DNA from: an uncultured Phycisphaerales bacterium
GTDB taxonomy: Bacteria; Planctomycetota; Phycisphaerae; Sedimentisphaerales; Anaerobacaceae
Assembly: GCA_963718665.1 (NCBI GenBank)
Contig: OY970359.1
Coordinates: 96,001-160,000 of the forward strand
Length of the DNA stretch: 64,000 bases
Direction of reading: 5' to 3'
A program made the position numbers and the translations under genes. The notes under the pieces were generated by a model that was not told the DNA's origin, made no database searches, and worked only from the letters and a program-made list of their open reading frames with translations. Numbering within the stretch: the stretch's first letter is position 1; each line of letters starts with the position of its first letter. Shown here one piece after another: positions 28,457 through 39,012 of the stretch.

Positions 28457-28808
28457 AAATAAATTGTGCATACCCTGCCTTCCCAACATCATACGCCCGG
28501 CTATACAGCCGAGTCAAACCCCTGTCATACTATTGAGTATTATACAGTATTATACAGGCAAATCAGAGATACAGTTTTATAACAAATGATTAATTTTTAT
28601 AAGGTAAATCCCTACCGGAGCAGTTCTGCAGCGTATTGCACTTTGATTTTAATTTGCGGAAAGAAACTGCTTTTACTTTTTTGTCGTCCAATAATAAGTT
28701 TTTGTTGACATTTGGCAGCCAGCGTGAAGAATGTATTGTTTTAAGTTTAACGGGTTCAATAGAACCTATTGACAATTTCAAACCCCCTGATGAACAAGGA
28801 GAAGCGGT

Positions 28809-30790
28809 ATGGGCAACGAGAAAAAGGCAATCACATCATTGATGACAGAAGACAGAAAATTTGCGCCGCCGGCGTCAATCGCAGCCAGGGCGCACATCGG
28901 CAGTATGAAGCAATATCAACAGATGTGGGAGCAATCCATAAATGACCCCGACAAGTTCTGGCTCGAACAGGCCAAATCGCTGACCTGGTTCAAAGAGCCG
29001 AAAAAGGGCCTCGAATATACATGGGACACCAAAAATCGCAAAATTGAGCATACATGGTTCGCGGACGGGCAATTGAACGTTTCTTATAACTGCTTGGACA
29101 GGCATCTGAAAACAGCCGCGGCGAAGAAGACCGCGCTTATATGGCAGGGAGAAGAAGATAACGCTGTCAGGAAATACACTTATGAGCAACTGCACAAAGA
29201 GGTGTGCAAATTCGCCAACGTGCTTAAATCAAAGGGCGTAAAGAAAGGCGACCGCGTCGCCATATACCTGCCGATGGTCCCGGAACTGCCGGTTGCGATG
29301 CTGGCTTGTTCCAGAATCGGCGCGATTCACTCTATCGTCTTCGGCGGCTTCAGCGCCGACTCGCTCAAGGACAGGATTAACGATTCGAAATGCAAACTGC
29401 TCGTAACGAGCAACGTCTCGATGCGTTCGGGCAAACATATAAAGCTCAAAGACATCGCCGACGCTGCTCTTGCCAATACGCCAAGTATCGAAGGCGCAAT
29501 AGTTGTAAAGGTCGGCGAAGAACCCTGCAATATGAAGGCAGGCAGAGATACCTGGTATGCCGACGAAATGGCAAAGGCAAAAGACGATTGCGTTCCGGAG
29601 AAAATGAACGCCGAAGACCCCCTGTTCATCCTTTACACCTCCGGCTCAACGGGCAAACCAAAGGGCGTCGTGCATACCACGGGCGGATACCTGCTGCACG
29701 CGGCGCTCAGCCATAAGTTCATTTTTGACGTTCACGATAACGACGTTTTTTGGTGCACCGCCGACATCGGCTGGGTAACGGGGCACACTTATATCGTTTA
29801 CGGCCCACTTGCCAACGGCGCGACAAGCTTGGTGTTCGAGGGCGTGCCGACCTATCCCGACGCCGGACGCTTCTGGCAGGTCTGTGACAAGTTCGGCGTA
29901 ACCATTTTCTACACCGCCCCTACCGCTATTCGCTCCCTGATGCGACTCGGCGAGGAATGGCCCGCCAAATACAAACTCGACACCCTCAGAATCCTCGGCT
30001 CCGTCGGCGAACCCATCAACCCAGAAGCGTGGATTTGGTATTATGAGAAAATAGGACATAGTAAATGTCCCATCGTCGATACGTGGTGGCAGACGGAGAC
30101 AGGCAGCATACTTATTACGCCGCTGCCGGGGCGCATACGATAAAGCCGGGAAGCGCATGCAAGCCGTTCTTCGGCGTTGACCCCGTTATTCTGCGCGACG
30201 ACGGCAGCATGTGCTCCGTAAATGAGGGCGGTAAACTCTGCATACGCAAACCCTGGCCTGGGATGATGAGAACGATGTGGGGAGACCACGACAGGTTCAT
30301 CGATACATATTTTACGATGTTCCCTGATTTGTACTTCACTGGCGACGGCTGCCGGAAAGACCAGGACGGCGACTACTGGCTTATGGGAAGAATCGACGAC
30401 GTTGTAAACGTATCGGGCCACCGAATCGGCACGGCTGAGGTTGAAAGCGCATTAGTAAGCCACGAGAAGGTCGCCGAGGCCGCGGTAACGCCGGTTCCGC
30501 ACGATATAAAAGGACAGGGGCTGTATGCCTTCGTAACCCTTAAAGAAGGCGTCGCGGAAACCGAAGAGCTGAAAAAAGAACTGCTTCTGCACGTCCGCAA
30601 GGAGATTGGCCCCATCGCGGTGCCCGAGGCAATCCAGTTCGCTCACGGCCTGCCCAAAACCCGTTCGGGCAAAATTATGCGGAGAATCCTGCGAAAAATC
30701 GCCGAAGGCGACACATCGAACCTCGGCGATATCACCACCCTTGCTGACCCGACCGTTGTGGAATCGCTTGTAAAAGGAAGAGGCAAGTAA
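28809..30790 (+). CDS. acs: Acetyl-CoA synthetase (AMP-forming), frameshifted near 30130
   Basis: [27 protein letters not shown] and [11 protein letters not shown]; one G missing in a G run joins the two ORFs. Confidence 0.93.
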
Positions 30791-30794
30791 ATAA

Positions 30795-30900
30795 ATTGCG
30801 GATTGCAGATTGACGATTGCGGATTTGCTGTCACTCCTGCGAAAGCAGGAGTCCAGAAAACATCTGTAATTGACTGGATTCCCGCTTTCGCGGGAATGAC
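30795..30900. repeat. ATTGCGG-type heptamer array followed by an inverted REP doublet
   Basis: ATTGCGG ATTGCAG ATTGACG ATTGCGG; GTCACTCCTGCGAAAGCAGGAGTCCAG and CTGGATTCCCGCTTTCGCGGGAATGAC. Confidence 0.85.
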
Positions 30901-30935
30901 AAAGGGAAATTTCATTTAAGGAAAAGGAAGAGAAT

Positions 30936-31526
30936 ATGGACGCAAACGTAACGGAACTGAAAGACAAGACGGGGAATCCTGCGCCCTTAGGGCTTCTGGG
31001 GTTCGGAATGACAACGGTCCTTTTAAACCTGCACAACGCGGGATTTTTCGGAATGGGTAGTATGATTCTTGCGATGGGCATATTTTACGGCGGACTCGCA
31101 CAGATTATCGCAGGCATAATGGAATGGAAGAAAGGCAATACCTTCGCGACAACGGCGTTCTGCTCCTACGGCCTTTTCTGGCTCACGTTAGTATGGCTCA
31201 TAGTCGCGCCGAAACTCGGATGGGCGGACGCCACGGCAAAAGAAGGAATGGCGGCGTACCTGTTTATGTGGGGCCTGTTTACGTTTGTGATGTTCATCGG
31301 CACTTTGAAATTGAACAGGGCTTTGCAGGTGGTTTTCCTGTCATTGGCGGTGCTGTTTGTAATGCTGGGAATCAAAGACCTTAACGGCAGCGCCGAACTT
31401 GGCACAGCAGCCGGCTACGAGGGCATATTCTGCGGTTTCTCAGCCATTTATACGGGCCTTGCGCAGGTTTTGAACGAGTGCTACGGCAGGATAGTATTGC
31501 CTTTGGGACCAGTGAAGAAAACGTAA
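30936..31526 (+). CDS. satP: Acetate uptake transporter (GPR1/FUN34/YaaH family)
   Basis: [14 protein letters not shown] signature; six TM helices. Confidence 0.93.
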   Translation: MDANVTELKDKTGNPAPLGLLGFGMTTVLLNLHNAGFFGMGSMILAMGIFYGGLAQIIAGIMEWKKGNTFATTAFCSYGLFWLTLVWLIVAPKLGWADATAKEGMAAYLFMWGLFTFVMFIGTLKLNRALQVVFLSLAVLFVMLGIKDLNGSAELGTAAGYEGIFCGFSAIYTGLAQVLNECYGRIVLPLGPVKKT

Positions 31527-31715
31527 GACCACAGACGGAAGGGAGAAGGCAGAAGTTAGAAGGGAGAATTAGGAAGACGAAGGACGGAGGACTGGTTTCG
31601 TCGCTCGTGGCTCGTGCCTCGAAAATGGAAGACAGACGAAAGACCAGAGACGCAGGGCCACAGACAGAAGACAGAGAAAATCAGGATACCAGATAATCAG
31701 GTCATCAGGAAGAAA
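31527..31715. repeat. Degenerate heptamer tandem arrays between convergent genes
   Basis: ACAGAAG/GGAGAAG/ACGAAGG, CTCGTGG and ATCAGG units. Confidence 0.75.
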
Positions 31716-31756
31716 ATGCTGATTAGGGTTTTTCTCTAAAAATCACATTTATCCAT

Positions 31757-32788
31757 TCACTTTGCCGGCGCGGTGGAAGCTCGAACAACCAAACTCTGCT
31801 GGAGTTTAACGCACTCAGGATGGAAATCGGCGGGCGATTTCAGCCGCTTAAGCAGCATATTCGCGGCCATTTGCCCCATTTGTCTTGAAGGAACAGCCAC
31901 GGTCGTCAGGGGCGGAGTAACAATGCTGCACAGGTACTCGTCATTAAAGCAAACCATGCTGACCTGCGATGGAATCGGAATTTCAAGCGTATGAGCTCCC
32001 TGAAGAATTCTCATCGCCTCGATATGGTCGTAAGCCAGAATCGCCGTCGCGTGATGTTTCATTATCGAAGAAGCCAGAAAGGCGGTCGCGGAACTAAACG
32101 CCTTGTCATGGTCTTTCACCGGCTCAAGCCCCCGCATTTTCAATTCAGAAAGGTATGTGTTATGCCTATCGGTGATACTTCTATGCTTATAGTGCTCACT
32201 GGTGGGGCCTGCGTAAGCTATCCGGGTATGGCCAAGCTCGGCGAGGTGACGCATAGCCAGCCGTGTTCCCTCAATATCATCGGGGAAAACTAACGAGCAC
32301 CTCGGCCCCCCGACGCCGTTGATAACCACATAGGGAATATTGTTCCTTTCCAGCACTTCGATAGTTTCAGGGGAACATTGCTGAAGGACAATCGCCCCAT
32401 CGACCTTCCAGGGGGGCAGTTCGCAGCGGTCCTTCGCCAGATTAGGGATGGACATACAAACATCATATTCACCCGAGTCCGAGTGCAGCTCACGAACGCA
32501 GGACTCGACTATGGTTTGATAAATGTTTCCCGGCCAGCCCAAGGCGACGTCGCAACCGAGAATGGCGATTACGCTGGTTTTTTGCCGAACAAGATTTTTT
32601 GCCGCCAGGTTTGGCCGATATCCGAGAGAGTTGGCCATATCGATAATACGCTGATGAACCTCCGGCCTGACGGTAAAACCGTGCTTGTAATTACTGTTTA
32701 ATACCCGGCTGACGGTGGCCTGGCTTACGCCGCAATGAGCGGCTATCTCTTTTATTGTAGGTGCACCATTGGACTGAGTTATAGCCAT
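31757..32788 (-). CDS. LacI-family transcriptional regulator
   Basis: TIKEIAAHCGVSQATVSRVLN HTH, YRPN, PPLTTV. Confidence 0.93.
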   Translation of the reverse strand: MAITQSNGAPTIKEIAAHCGVSQATVSRVLNSNYKHGFTVRPEVHQRIIDMANSLGYRPNLAAKNLVRQKTSVIAILGCDVALGWPGNIYQTIVESCVRELHSDSGEYDVCMSIPNLAKDRCELPPWKVDGAIVLQQCSPETIEVLERNNIPYVVINGVGGPRCSLVFPDDIEGTRLAMRHLAELGHTRIAYAGPTSEHYKHRSITDRHNTYLSELKMRGLEPVKDHDKAFSSATAFLASSIMKHHATAILAYDHIEAMRILQGAHTLEIPIPSQVSMVCFNDEYLCSIVTPPLTTVAVPSRQMGQMAANMLLKRLKSPADFHPECVKLQQSLVVRASTAPAK

Positions 32789-33058
32789 CGATATACGTTT
32801 CCTCTCAATCTTCCTTATTATGAACTATGATAGCCAAAAATGCAAGAGATACTAGTACTAATTTCGGATTTCGGATTGGCAATTGGGGAATGGGTCCCCT
32901 GTGCCAAGTCAGGTAAGCAGCACTCGGGGATGATGCTGCGCATCAATTTAGGAATGCGGAAAAACTCTTGCTTTTATTGCCGGTTTGACGATACACCAAC
33001 CTTTTAAGGCCGGAATGCTATTTTGGAAATAAGTATGGTATCCTCGGATTCCCCCATA

Positions 33059-33457
33059 TTACTTTTTGCTTCGATTCTTAATGATTTGCATACTCTGATT
33101 AAATATCCTTTTTGATTTGATACGGCTATAGTAATATGCGATTATAAAAACGATTATACAAAATACGATAGAGAATGCTGCCCCACAACGGTCAATGCCA
33201 AAATCATTCCAGCTTAACGGCCATAAAGCATTAACGATTTGCAGAGCAAATGACAGAATCAATAAAACTAAACCTATTTTAGTGTCTACGGATTGTTTTG
33301 TGAGGATTTTAATTGACTCTTCATTATTATAATCAAGGTGTGGAATACTAATTTCAGCAATTGCTTTGGGTGATAGGCCCAAATTTACTTTTACTAAAAA
33401 GTAGGATGCTTCAAGCGTTAAAATCATCGATGTCCATTGAATAAAGGTTCTAATCAT
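33059..33457 (-). CDS. Small AT-rich membrane protein, hypothetical
   Basis: 132-aa ORF with three hydrophobic segments; low GC. Confidence 0.6.
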   Translation of the reverse strand: MIRTFIQWTSMILTLEASYFLVKVNLGLSPKAIAEISIPHLDYNNEESIKILTKQSVDTKIGLVLLILSFALQIVNALWPLSWNDFGIDRCGAAFSIVFCIIVFIIAYYYSRIKSKRIFNQSMQIIKNRSKK

Positions 33458-33693
33458 TTAGGTTCTCCGCATACCTTAAAGGATTAACACTGGTTATCTT
33501 GTTCCATCCTTAATTACGAACAAATAATAACTATATTCCGCCCGGAATTCAAGAGCAGATTTCGTCGTTCGTCCCGCCTGCGGTGAATAAACCACACCTA
33601 CGGCGGGTAAACCAGAGCACAAAATGTCCAATATCTAACACCCAATAACTAATCCGCCTGCGGCGGGTAAATATCGAACGTTGAAAAAATAAA

Positions 33694-34830
33694 TTACAAC
33701 CCGTGGAGGGGGAAGAGGGTGGATTTGAGGGTATCGAGGGTGGCGGTGAGGGCGGGCATAACGGCGTCGCGCTGCTGGGCATTAACGGGAAGCTCTCTAT
33801 CGCGCAGGCCGCCGTGCCATTCGGTGGTCTGGAGCATAATTCCGCCCATAAGCATATTGGCGTCAAGCTCGGAGTCGGCGCCGCAGAGCGCGGACCATGC
33901 AAGCGCCCAGGCGCGGACGGTATTTGCGACGTTATAGCCGCCACCGCCTGTCATAAGGATGGGCTTTTTGAAGGCAAGCAGGTTATGAATGATTTCGGAG
34001 TAAACATTGTTTGTCAGGCGGAGATTGGCGAGCGGGTCGCCCGCGAGGGCATCTGCGCCAAGCTCGAAGACGAATACGTCGGGCTTGAATGCGCCGATTA
34101 AGGGCAGTACCACTTCTTTGATTGCGAGCATATATGCCTCGTCGTAGGTACCGATGGGCAGCGGGATGTTGACGCAGTAACCCTTACCTTTGCCTTTGCC
34201 GATTTCATTTTCGAAGCCGGTGCCGGGGAAAAGGGTCCTGGGGTTCTGGTGGAGTGAAATTGTCATTACATCGGAGCGCTGGTAAAAAAAGGCAGTGACA
34301 CCGTCGCCGCAATGAACATCGACATCGAGGTAGAGGACTTTTTTGCCCTGCTCGGCGAGGATTTCGCAGGCAAGGGCAACATCGTTTATGTAGCAAAAGC
34401 CCGCGGCAAGCTCGGGGTGGGCGTGATGAAAGCCGCCCGAAGGATTGAAGGCGACGCCTGCCTTGCCGTCGAGGATGAGCTGTGCGGCCGTAATAGTCGC
34501 TCCCACGGCCAACACCGCATACTCATATACTCCCTTGAAAACCGGGCAATCGGTCGTTCCGAGACCCATATTGAGGGCTTCGTAATTCCATTGGCCCTTT
34601 GAGGCATTCTGGAGAGCATGCAGATAGCGGGCGGTATGGAATTTCTTGAGGACGATTCGGTCGGCGGGCTCGGGCGGGACCTCGATTCTATCCGGCGCGG
34701 CGAGCAGGCCCATTGAGTTTACGACTTCGCGTGTTTTTTTTGCCCGCGTCGTATTAAAAGGATGCTCCGGCGGATAGGAAATTTCTTCAAGCCGGGGCGA
34801 ATAAATAAAGGCAGCGGGTTTATCGCTCAC
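33694..34830 (-). CDS. acuC: Zn-dependent histone deacetylase family protein (AcuC-like)
   Basis: GGFHHA, GFCYINDV, DVDVHCGDG, GADALAGDPL, GGGGY. Confidence 0.88.
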   Translation of the reverse strand: MSDKPAAFIYSPRLEEISYPPEHPFNTTRAKKTREVVNSMGLLAAPDRIEVPPEPADRIVLKKFHTARYLHALQNASKGQWNYEALNMGLGTTDCPVFKGVYEYAVLAVGATITAAQLILDGKAGVAFNPSGGFHHAHPELAAGFCYINDVALACEILAEQGKKVLYLDVDVHCGDGVTAFFYQRSDVMTISLHQNPRTLFPGTGFENEIGKGKGKGYCVNIPLPIGTYDEAYMLAIKEVVLPLIGAFKPDVFVFELGADALAGDPLANLRLTNNVYSEIIHNLLAFKKPILMTGGGGYNVANTVRAWALAWSALCGADSELDANMLMGGIMLQTTEWHGGLRDRELPVNAQQRDAVMPALTATLDTLKSTLFPLHGL

Positions 34831-34845
34831 AATCAGGTTCTCCCG

Positions 34846-36708
34846 TCAGGCAAGGTCATAGGATATGTTGTAAACCTCGCCGTCGAAAGTAGTGTTGACC
34901 TTGTAGCCGGAGTTATGGAATATGGCGAGCATCGGTTTGTTGCTCGGCATAACTTTTGCGAAGAACCGCCTGACGCCCCTCTGTTTGGCAATTTTACAAA
35001 TATAATCGAGCAGGTAGGTGCCCATTCCTTTTTGCTGCCATTCGTCGTGAACGATGAAGGCGACTTCGGCGGACTGAGTTTTGGGGTCGAGGAAGTACTG
35101 AGCCATAGCGACGATGTGCTCGTCGCCTGAAGGGCCGGGGACAACGCCGACGATAGCGACATCCTTCTGGTAGTTGATGTTGGTAAGCTGCTGGACGTCC
35201 TTGTGGGGGAAGGTCATAGTGTGGGTCATATATCTTGTCTGGACGGATTTTTCGCTGAGGGAGTAAAGCATTTCGGCCAGCTCGTGCTCGTCGTTGGGCT
35301 TGACGGGCCTGAAGAAAATTTCGGTGCCGTCGCGGAGGGTGTCATAGCGTTCCAGCTCGGCGGGATACCTGACTTTGTCCCAATCAAGCTCAATCTGGTC
35401 GGCGTAGATGTATTTGTGTGTCTTGGCGGCCTGGATAAGCTCGGTTCGGAACTTGGGATGGGCGATATTGATGAGGTCGAGGACCCTTTCGCGGATAGAT
35501 TTGCCGTGAAGATAGGCGATGCCGTATTCAGTAACGACGTAATGGACGTCGCCGCGGGTGGTAACAACGCCAGCACCTTCGGCGAGATGGGGGACTATTC
35601 TGCTGACTTCTCCGGAGCGGGCAGTAGAGGGCATAGCGATAATGGCTTTACCTCCCCTGCTTTTGGCGGCGCCTCTGGTGAAGTCAACCTGTCCGCCGAT
35701 GCCGCTGTAGAAGCGATAGCCGAGGGAATCGGAGCAGACCTGGCCTGTGAGGTCAACTTCAAGAGCGACGTTGATGGCAATCATTTTTTCGTTCTGACTG
35801 ATGAGGTGGGGGTCATTGACATATTCGGAGGGGTAAAACTCAAAGAAGGGGTTGTTGTTGATGTATTCGTAAAGGCGTTTGGTGCCCATGCAGAAACTGG
35901 CGACGATTTTGCCGTGGTTGACGGTTTTTTTGGCGCAGGTAATCGCGCCGCATTCGATGAGGTCGATAATCCAGTCGCTGAACATTTCGGTGTGGATGCC
36001 GAGGTCTTTTTTATCTTTGAGATATTCCGCGAGCGTCTGGGGGATTCGTCCGATGCCGCATTCGATAGTAGAGCCGTCTTCGACGAGGCGGGCGATATTT
36101 TCGCCGATGCGCCGCATAACGTCGTCTGTTTCGGGGACGGTGATTTCGAAGACATCCTCGTCGAAGGGGACAAGGCAATCAATGTTATTGACGTGGATAA
36201 AGGAATCGCCGAAAGTTCTTGGCATACGGGAGTTGACCTGCGCGAGGACGTATTTGGCGTTGGATGCGGCGGATTTGACGATATCGACGGAGACGCCGAG
36301 GGAGCAGAGTCCGTTGACGTCAGGCGGCGTAACAGATATAAGCGCGACGTCGAGAGGAATCCTGCCGCTTTCGAATTCGTTGGGGATTTCGGAAAGAAAG
36401 ATAGGAGAATAATCACCGATGCCTTTGCTGAACGCTTCGCGGACGTTGTCGGCGATGAAGAACGAGTTCATTTTGAATTTTTCGCGGAATTTTTCGTTGG
36501 CATAGGGAGCGTTGCCCATAGTAAGGAGGTGAACGATATGCGCGTCGTAGATATGGGCGGAATACTCAACGAGCGCGGCGACCAAATGCTGCGGCTGGGC
36601 GCAGGCGGTGCCAATGAAGATGTTGTCGCCTGACTTGACGAGCTTCATCGCGGTTTCTGCGGTTGTTACTTTTGATTTGTATTTTTCTTTCCAGTCGAAA
36701 TCAGCCAT
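34846..36708 (-). CDS. Acetyl-CoA hydrolase/CoA-transferase fused to a C-terminal GNAT acetyltransferase
   Basis: GIHTEMF, SGIGGQVDF, VVTEYG; C-terminal AEVAFIVHDEWQQKGMGTYL. Confidence 0.88.
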   Translation of the reverse strand: MADFDWKEKYKSKVTTAETAMKLVKSGDNIFIGTACAQPQHLVAALVEYSAHIYDAHIVHLLTMGNAPYANEKFREKFKMNSFFIADNVREAFSKGIGDYSPIFLSEIPNEFESGRIPLDVALISVTPPDVNGLCSLGVSVDIVKSAASNAKYVLAQVNSRMPRTFGDSFIHVNNIDCLVPFDEDVFEITVPETDDVMRRIGENIARLVEDGSTIECGIGRIPQTLAEYLKDKKDLGIHTEMFSDWIIDLIECGAITCAKKTVNHGKIVASFCMGTKRLYEYINNNPFFEFYPSEYVNDPHLISQNEKMIAINVALEVDLTGQVCSDSLGYRFYSGIGGQVDFTRGAAKSRGGKAIIAMPSTARSGEVSRIVPHLAEGAGVVTTRGDVHYVVTEYGIAYLHGKSIRERVLDLINIAHPKFRTELIQAAKTHKYIYADQIELDWDKVRYPAELERYDTLRDGTEIFFRPVKPNDEHELAEMLYSLSEKSVQTRYMTHTMTFPHKDVQQLTNINYQKDVAIVGVVPGPSGDEHIVAMAQYFLDPKTQSAEVAFIVHDEWQQKGMGTYLLDYICKIAKQRGVRRFFAKVMPSNKPMLAIFHNSGYKVNTTFDGEVYNISYDLA

Positions 36709-36724
36709 AATAAATTTTCCTGTT

Positions 36725-38824
36725 TTAAGCTTTTTCCACCCTTATCCTTGCATCGACGGCGACGGGAGTTGTACCCGCCGGCCCGACCATAAAGGGATTG
36801 ATGTCCATTTCCTGAATTTCGGGGAATTCGGTGACAAGCTGTGAGAGGCGCTGCAGGGCTTCAGCGACGGCGGCGATATCAACGCCCTTCTGTCCCCTTG
36901 CGCCGGTAAGCATTTTATAAGTTCTTGTGCTGACGAGCATTTGTTTGGCCTCCTCGGCGGTAAGCGGCGCGAGATAGAATGCTACGTCGTGCATAACCTC
37001 GACCATAGTACCGCCCATGCCGAACATCATAAGGGGGCCGAAATGCGGGTCGCGGTTCATACCGAGGATAAGCTCTTTGCCGCCGCCGCACATTTGCTGG
37101 ACAAGGACGCCGAGAATTTTGGCGTTGGGGAGTTTTTTGGGGATTCTGAACATCATGAGGTCGAAGGCGTCCATAACCTCCTGGGCGTTTTCGAGGTGGA
37201 CTTTGACGCCGCCGACGTCTGATTTGTGAATGATGTCGGGAGACCATATTTTGAGGACGACGGGATAGCCGAACTGGTCGGCGATGTTTGCTGCCTGGAC
37301 GGCGGTATTCGCGACGGCGTCCTTGGGTGTTACGAAGCCGTAGGCCTCGAGAACTTCCTTCGATTCGGCTTCGCCAATCTGACGGGTTCCCTGCCTTAGA
37401 TTTCTCTGAAGGATGGTTTCAACTTTGTGGCGATTGACGGAGAAGAGTTTGACGATACGTTTCGGTCTTGCCTTCCAGCGGACGTAATCAACCATAACCT
37501 TGATGGTGAGAACGGCGGCCTCGGGGGAATCGTACTGCGGAATTTTGTTATCCCTGAGAATGACGTTTCCTTTGGCGACTTTTTCTGCGCCGAGGAAACA
37601 GGCGAAGACGGGTTTGCCGGATTTTTTCTTCAGGACATTGACAATAGCTTCAGCAGTTCCTGTGGCGTCGGTCATTGCCTGCGGCGTAAGGAGTATCAAC
37701 ACCGCATCAACATTGGGGTCGTCGAGGACGACGCCAATGGCAAATTCATAACGGTCGGGGAGAGCATCGCCGAGGACATCAATGGGATTGTGGAAATTGG
37801 CCGCGGCGGGAAGCTTTGCGGCGAGGCGTTTTTGGGTTTGGTCGGTTAATTTCGCGAAGGTGAGCTGTTGTTTTTCAATGGCGTCGGCGGCCATAATACC
37901 TGCGCCGCCCGCATTGGTGATAACTGCAACCGAGGCGCCTTTTGGAAGCGGCTGATAAGCAAAACCCTGGGCAAAATCGAACTGTGATTTGATTGAGAAG
38001 CAGCGAATGACGCCCGCCCTTTCGAAGACAGCTTCGTAGGCGGTTTCACTGCCTGCAAGCGAGCCGGTATGCGAGGAGGCGGCTTTTGCGCCCGCGGCGG
38101 TAACGCCTGCCTTCATAAGGAGGATGGGTTTTTTCTGGGAGATTTGTTCTGCGATGCGAACAAAGGTATTGCCGTCGGTGATATTTTCGAGATAGCCGGC
38201 GATAACCTTGGTATCGGTGTCATTTGCGAAGGCCTCGATGATATCAATTTCATCGACGTCGGCTTTGTTACCTATACTGACGAGCTTGCTGAAGCCGATG
38301 CCGTTGGCGTTTGCCATATCGAGAATGGCAGCGAGCAGGGCGCCGGACTGCGACATATAGCCGGTAGAGCCAACGACGGGCAGCGTGCCGCCGAAACTTG
38401 CGTTGAGTTTGCTGGCAGGAACGATGAGGCCGAGGCAATTGGGACCGATGATTCGTATTCCGGCTTGTCTTGCAATCTGGAGGATTTGTTGTTCGAGCTT
38501 TCGGCCTTCCTCGCCGATTTCCTTGAAGCCGGCGGTTATTACAATCACGGCTTTTATGCCGAGGGTGGCGCACTCCTGCATAACAACGGCGACGCCCTTT
38601 GCCGGGACGACGACGATTGCCAAGTCCGGCACCTGGCCAATTGAAGTGAGGGAAGGGTAACACTTAAGCCCCTCGACCTCGTCGGCCTGAGAATTGACGG
38701 GATAGATCGTTCCGGGGAAGCCGGCGTCAATCATAGACCTGAGGATTTCGTAGCCGACTTTACCTTTTTGGCGTGAGGCACCCACAATAGCAACTGATTT
38801 CGGATTAAAAAATTTATCAAGCAT
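36725..38824 (-). CDS. ADP-forming acetate--CoA ligase (fused alpha-beta; CoA-binding plus ATP-grasp)
   Basis: AIVGAS, GPNCLG, SQSGA, SHTGSLAG (phospho-His), HKSDVGGV, MDINP. Confidence 0.88.
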   Translation of the reverse strand: MLDKFFNPKSVAIVGASRQKGKVGYEILRSMIDAGFPGTIYPVNSQADEVEGLKCYPSLTSIGQVPDLAIVVVPAKGVAVVMQECATLGIKAVIVITAGFKEIGEEGRKLEQQILQIARQAGIRIIGPNCLGLIVPASKLNASFGGTLPVVGSTGYMSQSGALLAAILDMANANGIGFSKLVSIGNKADVDEIDIIEAFANDTDTKVIAGYLENITDGNTFVRIAEQISQKKPILLMKAGVTAAGAKAASSHTGSLAGSETAYEAVFERAGVIRCFSIKSQFDFAQGFAYQPLPKGASVAVITNAGGAGIMAADAIEKQQLTFAKLTDQTQKRLAAKLPAAANFHNPIDVLGDALPDRYEFAIGVVLDDPNVDAVLILLTPQAMTDATGTAEAIVNVLKKKSGKPVFACFLGAEKVAKGNVILRDNKIPQYDSPEAAVLTIKVMVDYVRWKARPKRIVKLFSVNRHKVETILQRNLRQGTRQIGEAESKEVLEAYGFVTPKDAVANTAVQAANIADQFGYPVVLKIWSPDIIHKSDVGGVKVHLENAQEVMDAFDLMMFRIPKKLPNAKILGVLVQQMCGGGKELILGMNRDPHFGPLMMFGMGGTMVEVMHDVAFYLAPLTAEEAKQMLVSTRTYKMLTGARGQKGVDIAAVAEALQRLSQLVTEFPEIQEMDINPFMVGPAGTTPVAVDARIRVEKA

Positions 38825-39012
38825 AATAATAGTCCACAACAACCTTTCAAGAACCCACCCAGATATTGGCGAGCGGCGAAATGCTCACAACAATAAACAG
38901 CACTGGAAGGGCGTGAATTTTATTAGATATCCTCGGCAAATGCAAGAATTTTCTGCTATGATTTATTGCCTTGTTAATCGCAGGATTAAAACTTTAATAT
39001 AGAGCTGCGGCT

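Noticed and set aside
30041..30143. Programmed frameshift or genuinely split acs
   Set aside because: No slippery heptamer or stimulatory structure is visible; a single missing G in a homopolymer explains it.
32893..32945. SRP RNA-like motif (GTCAGGTAAGCAGC)
   Set aside because: It lacks the conserved GNRA-capped helix between CAGG and AGCAG and is too short; more likely another hairpin repeat.
35203..36633. Long antisense ORF of 476 aa, and similar ones at 3904-4794, 4916-5659, 9898-10719 and 61503-62321
   Set aside because: These are shadow frames opposite well-supported genes and contain no recognisable motifs.
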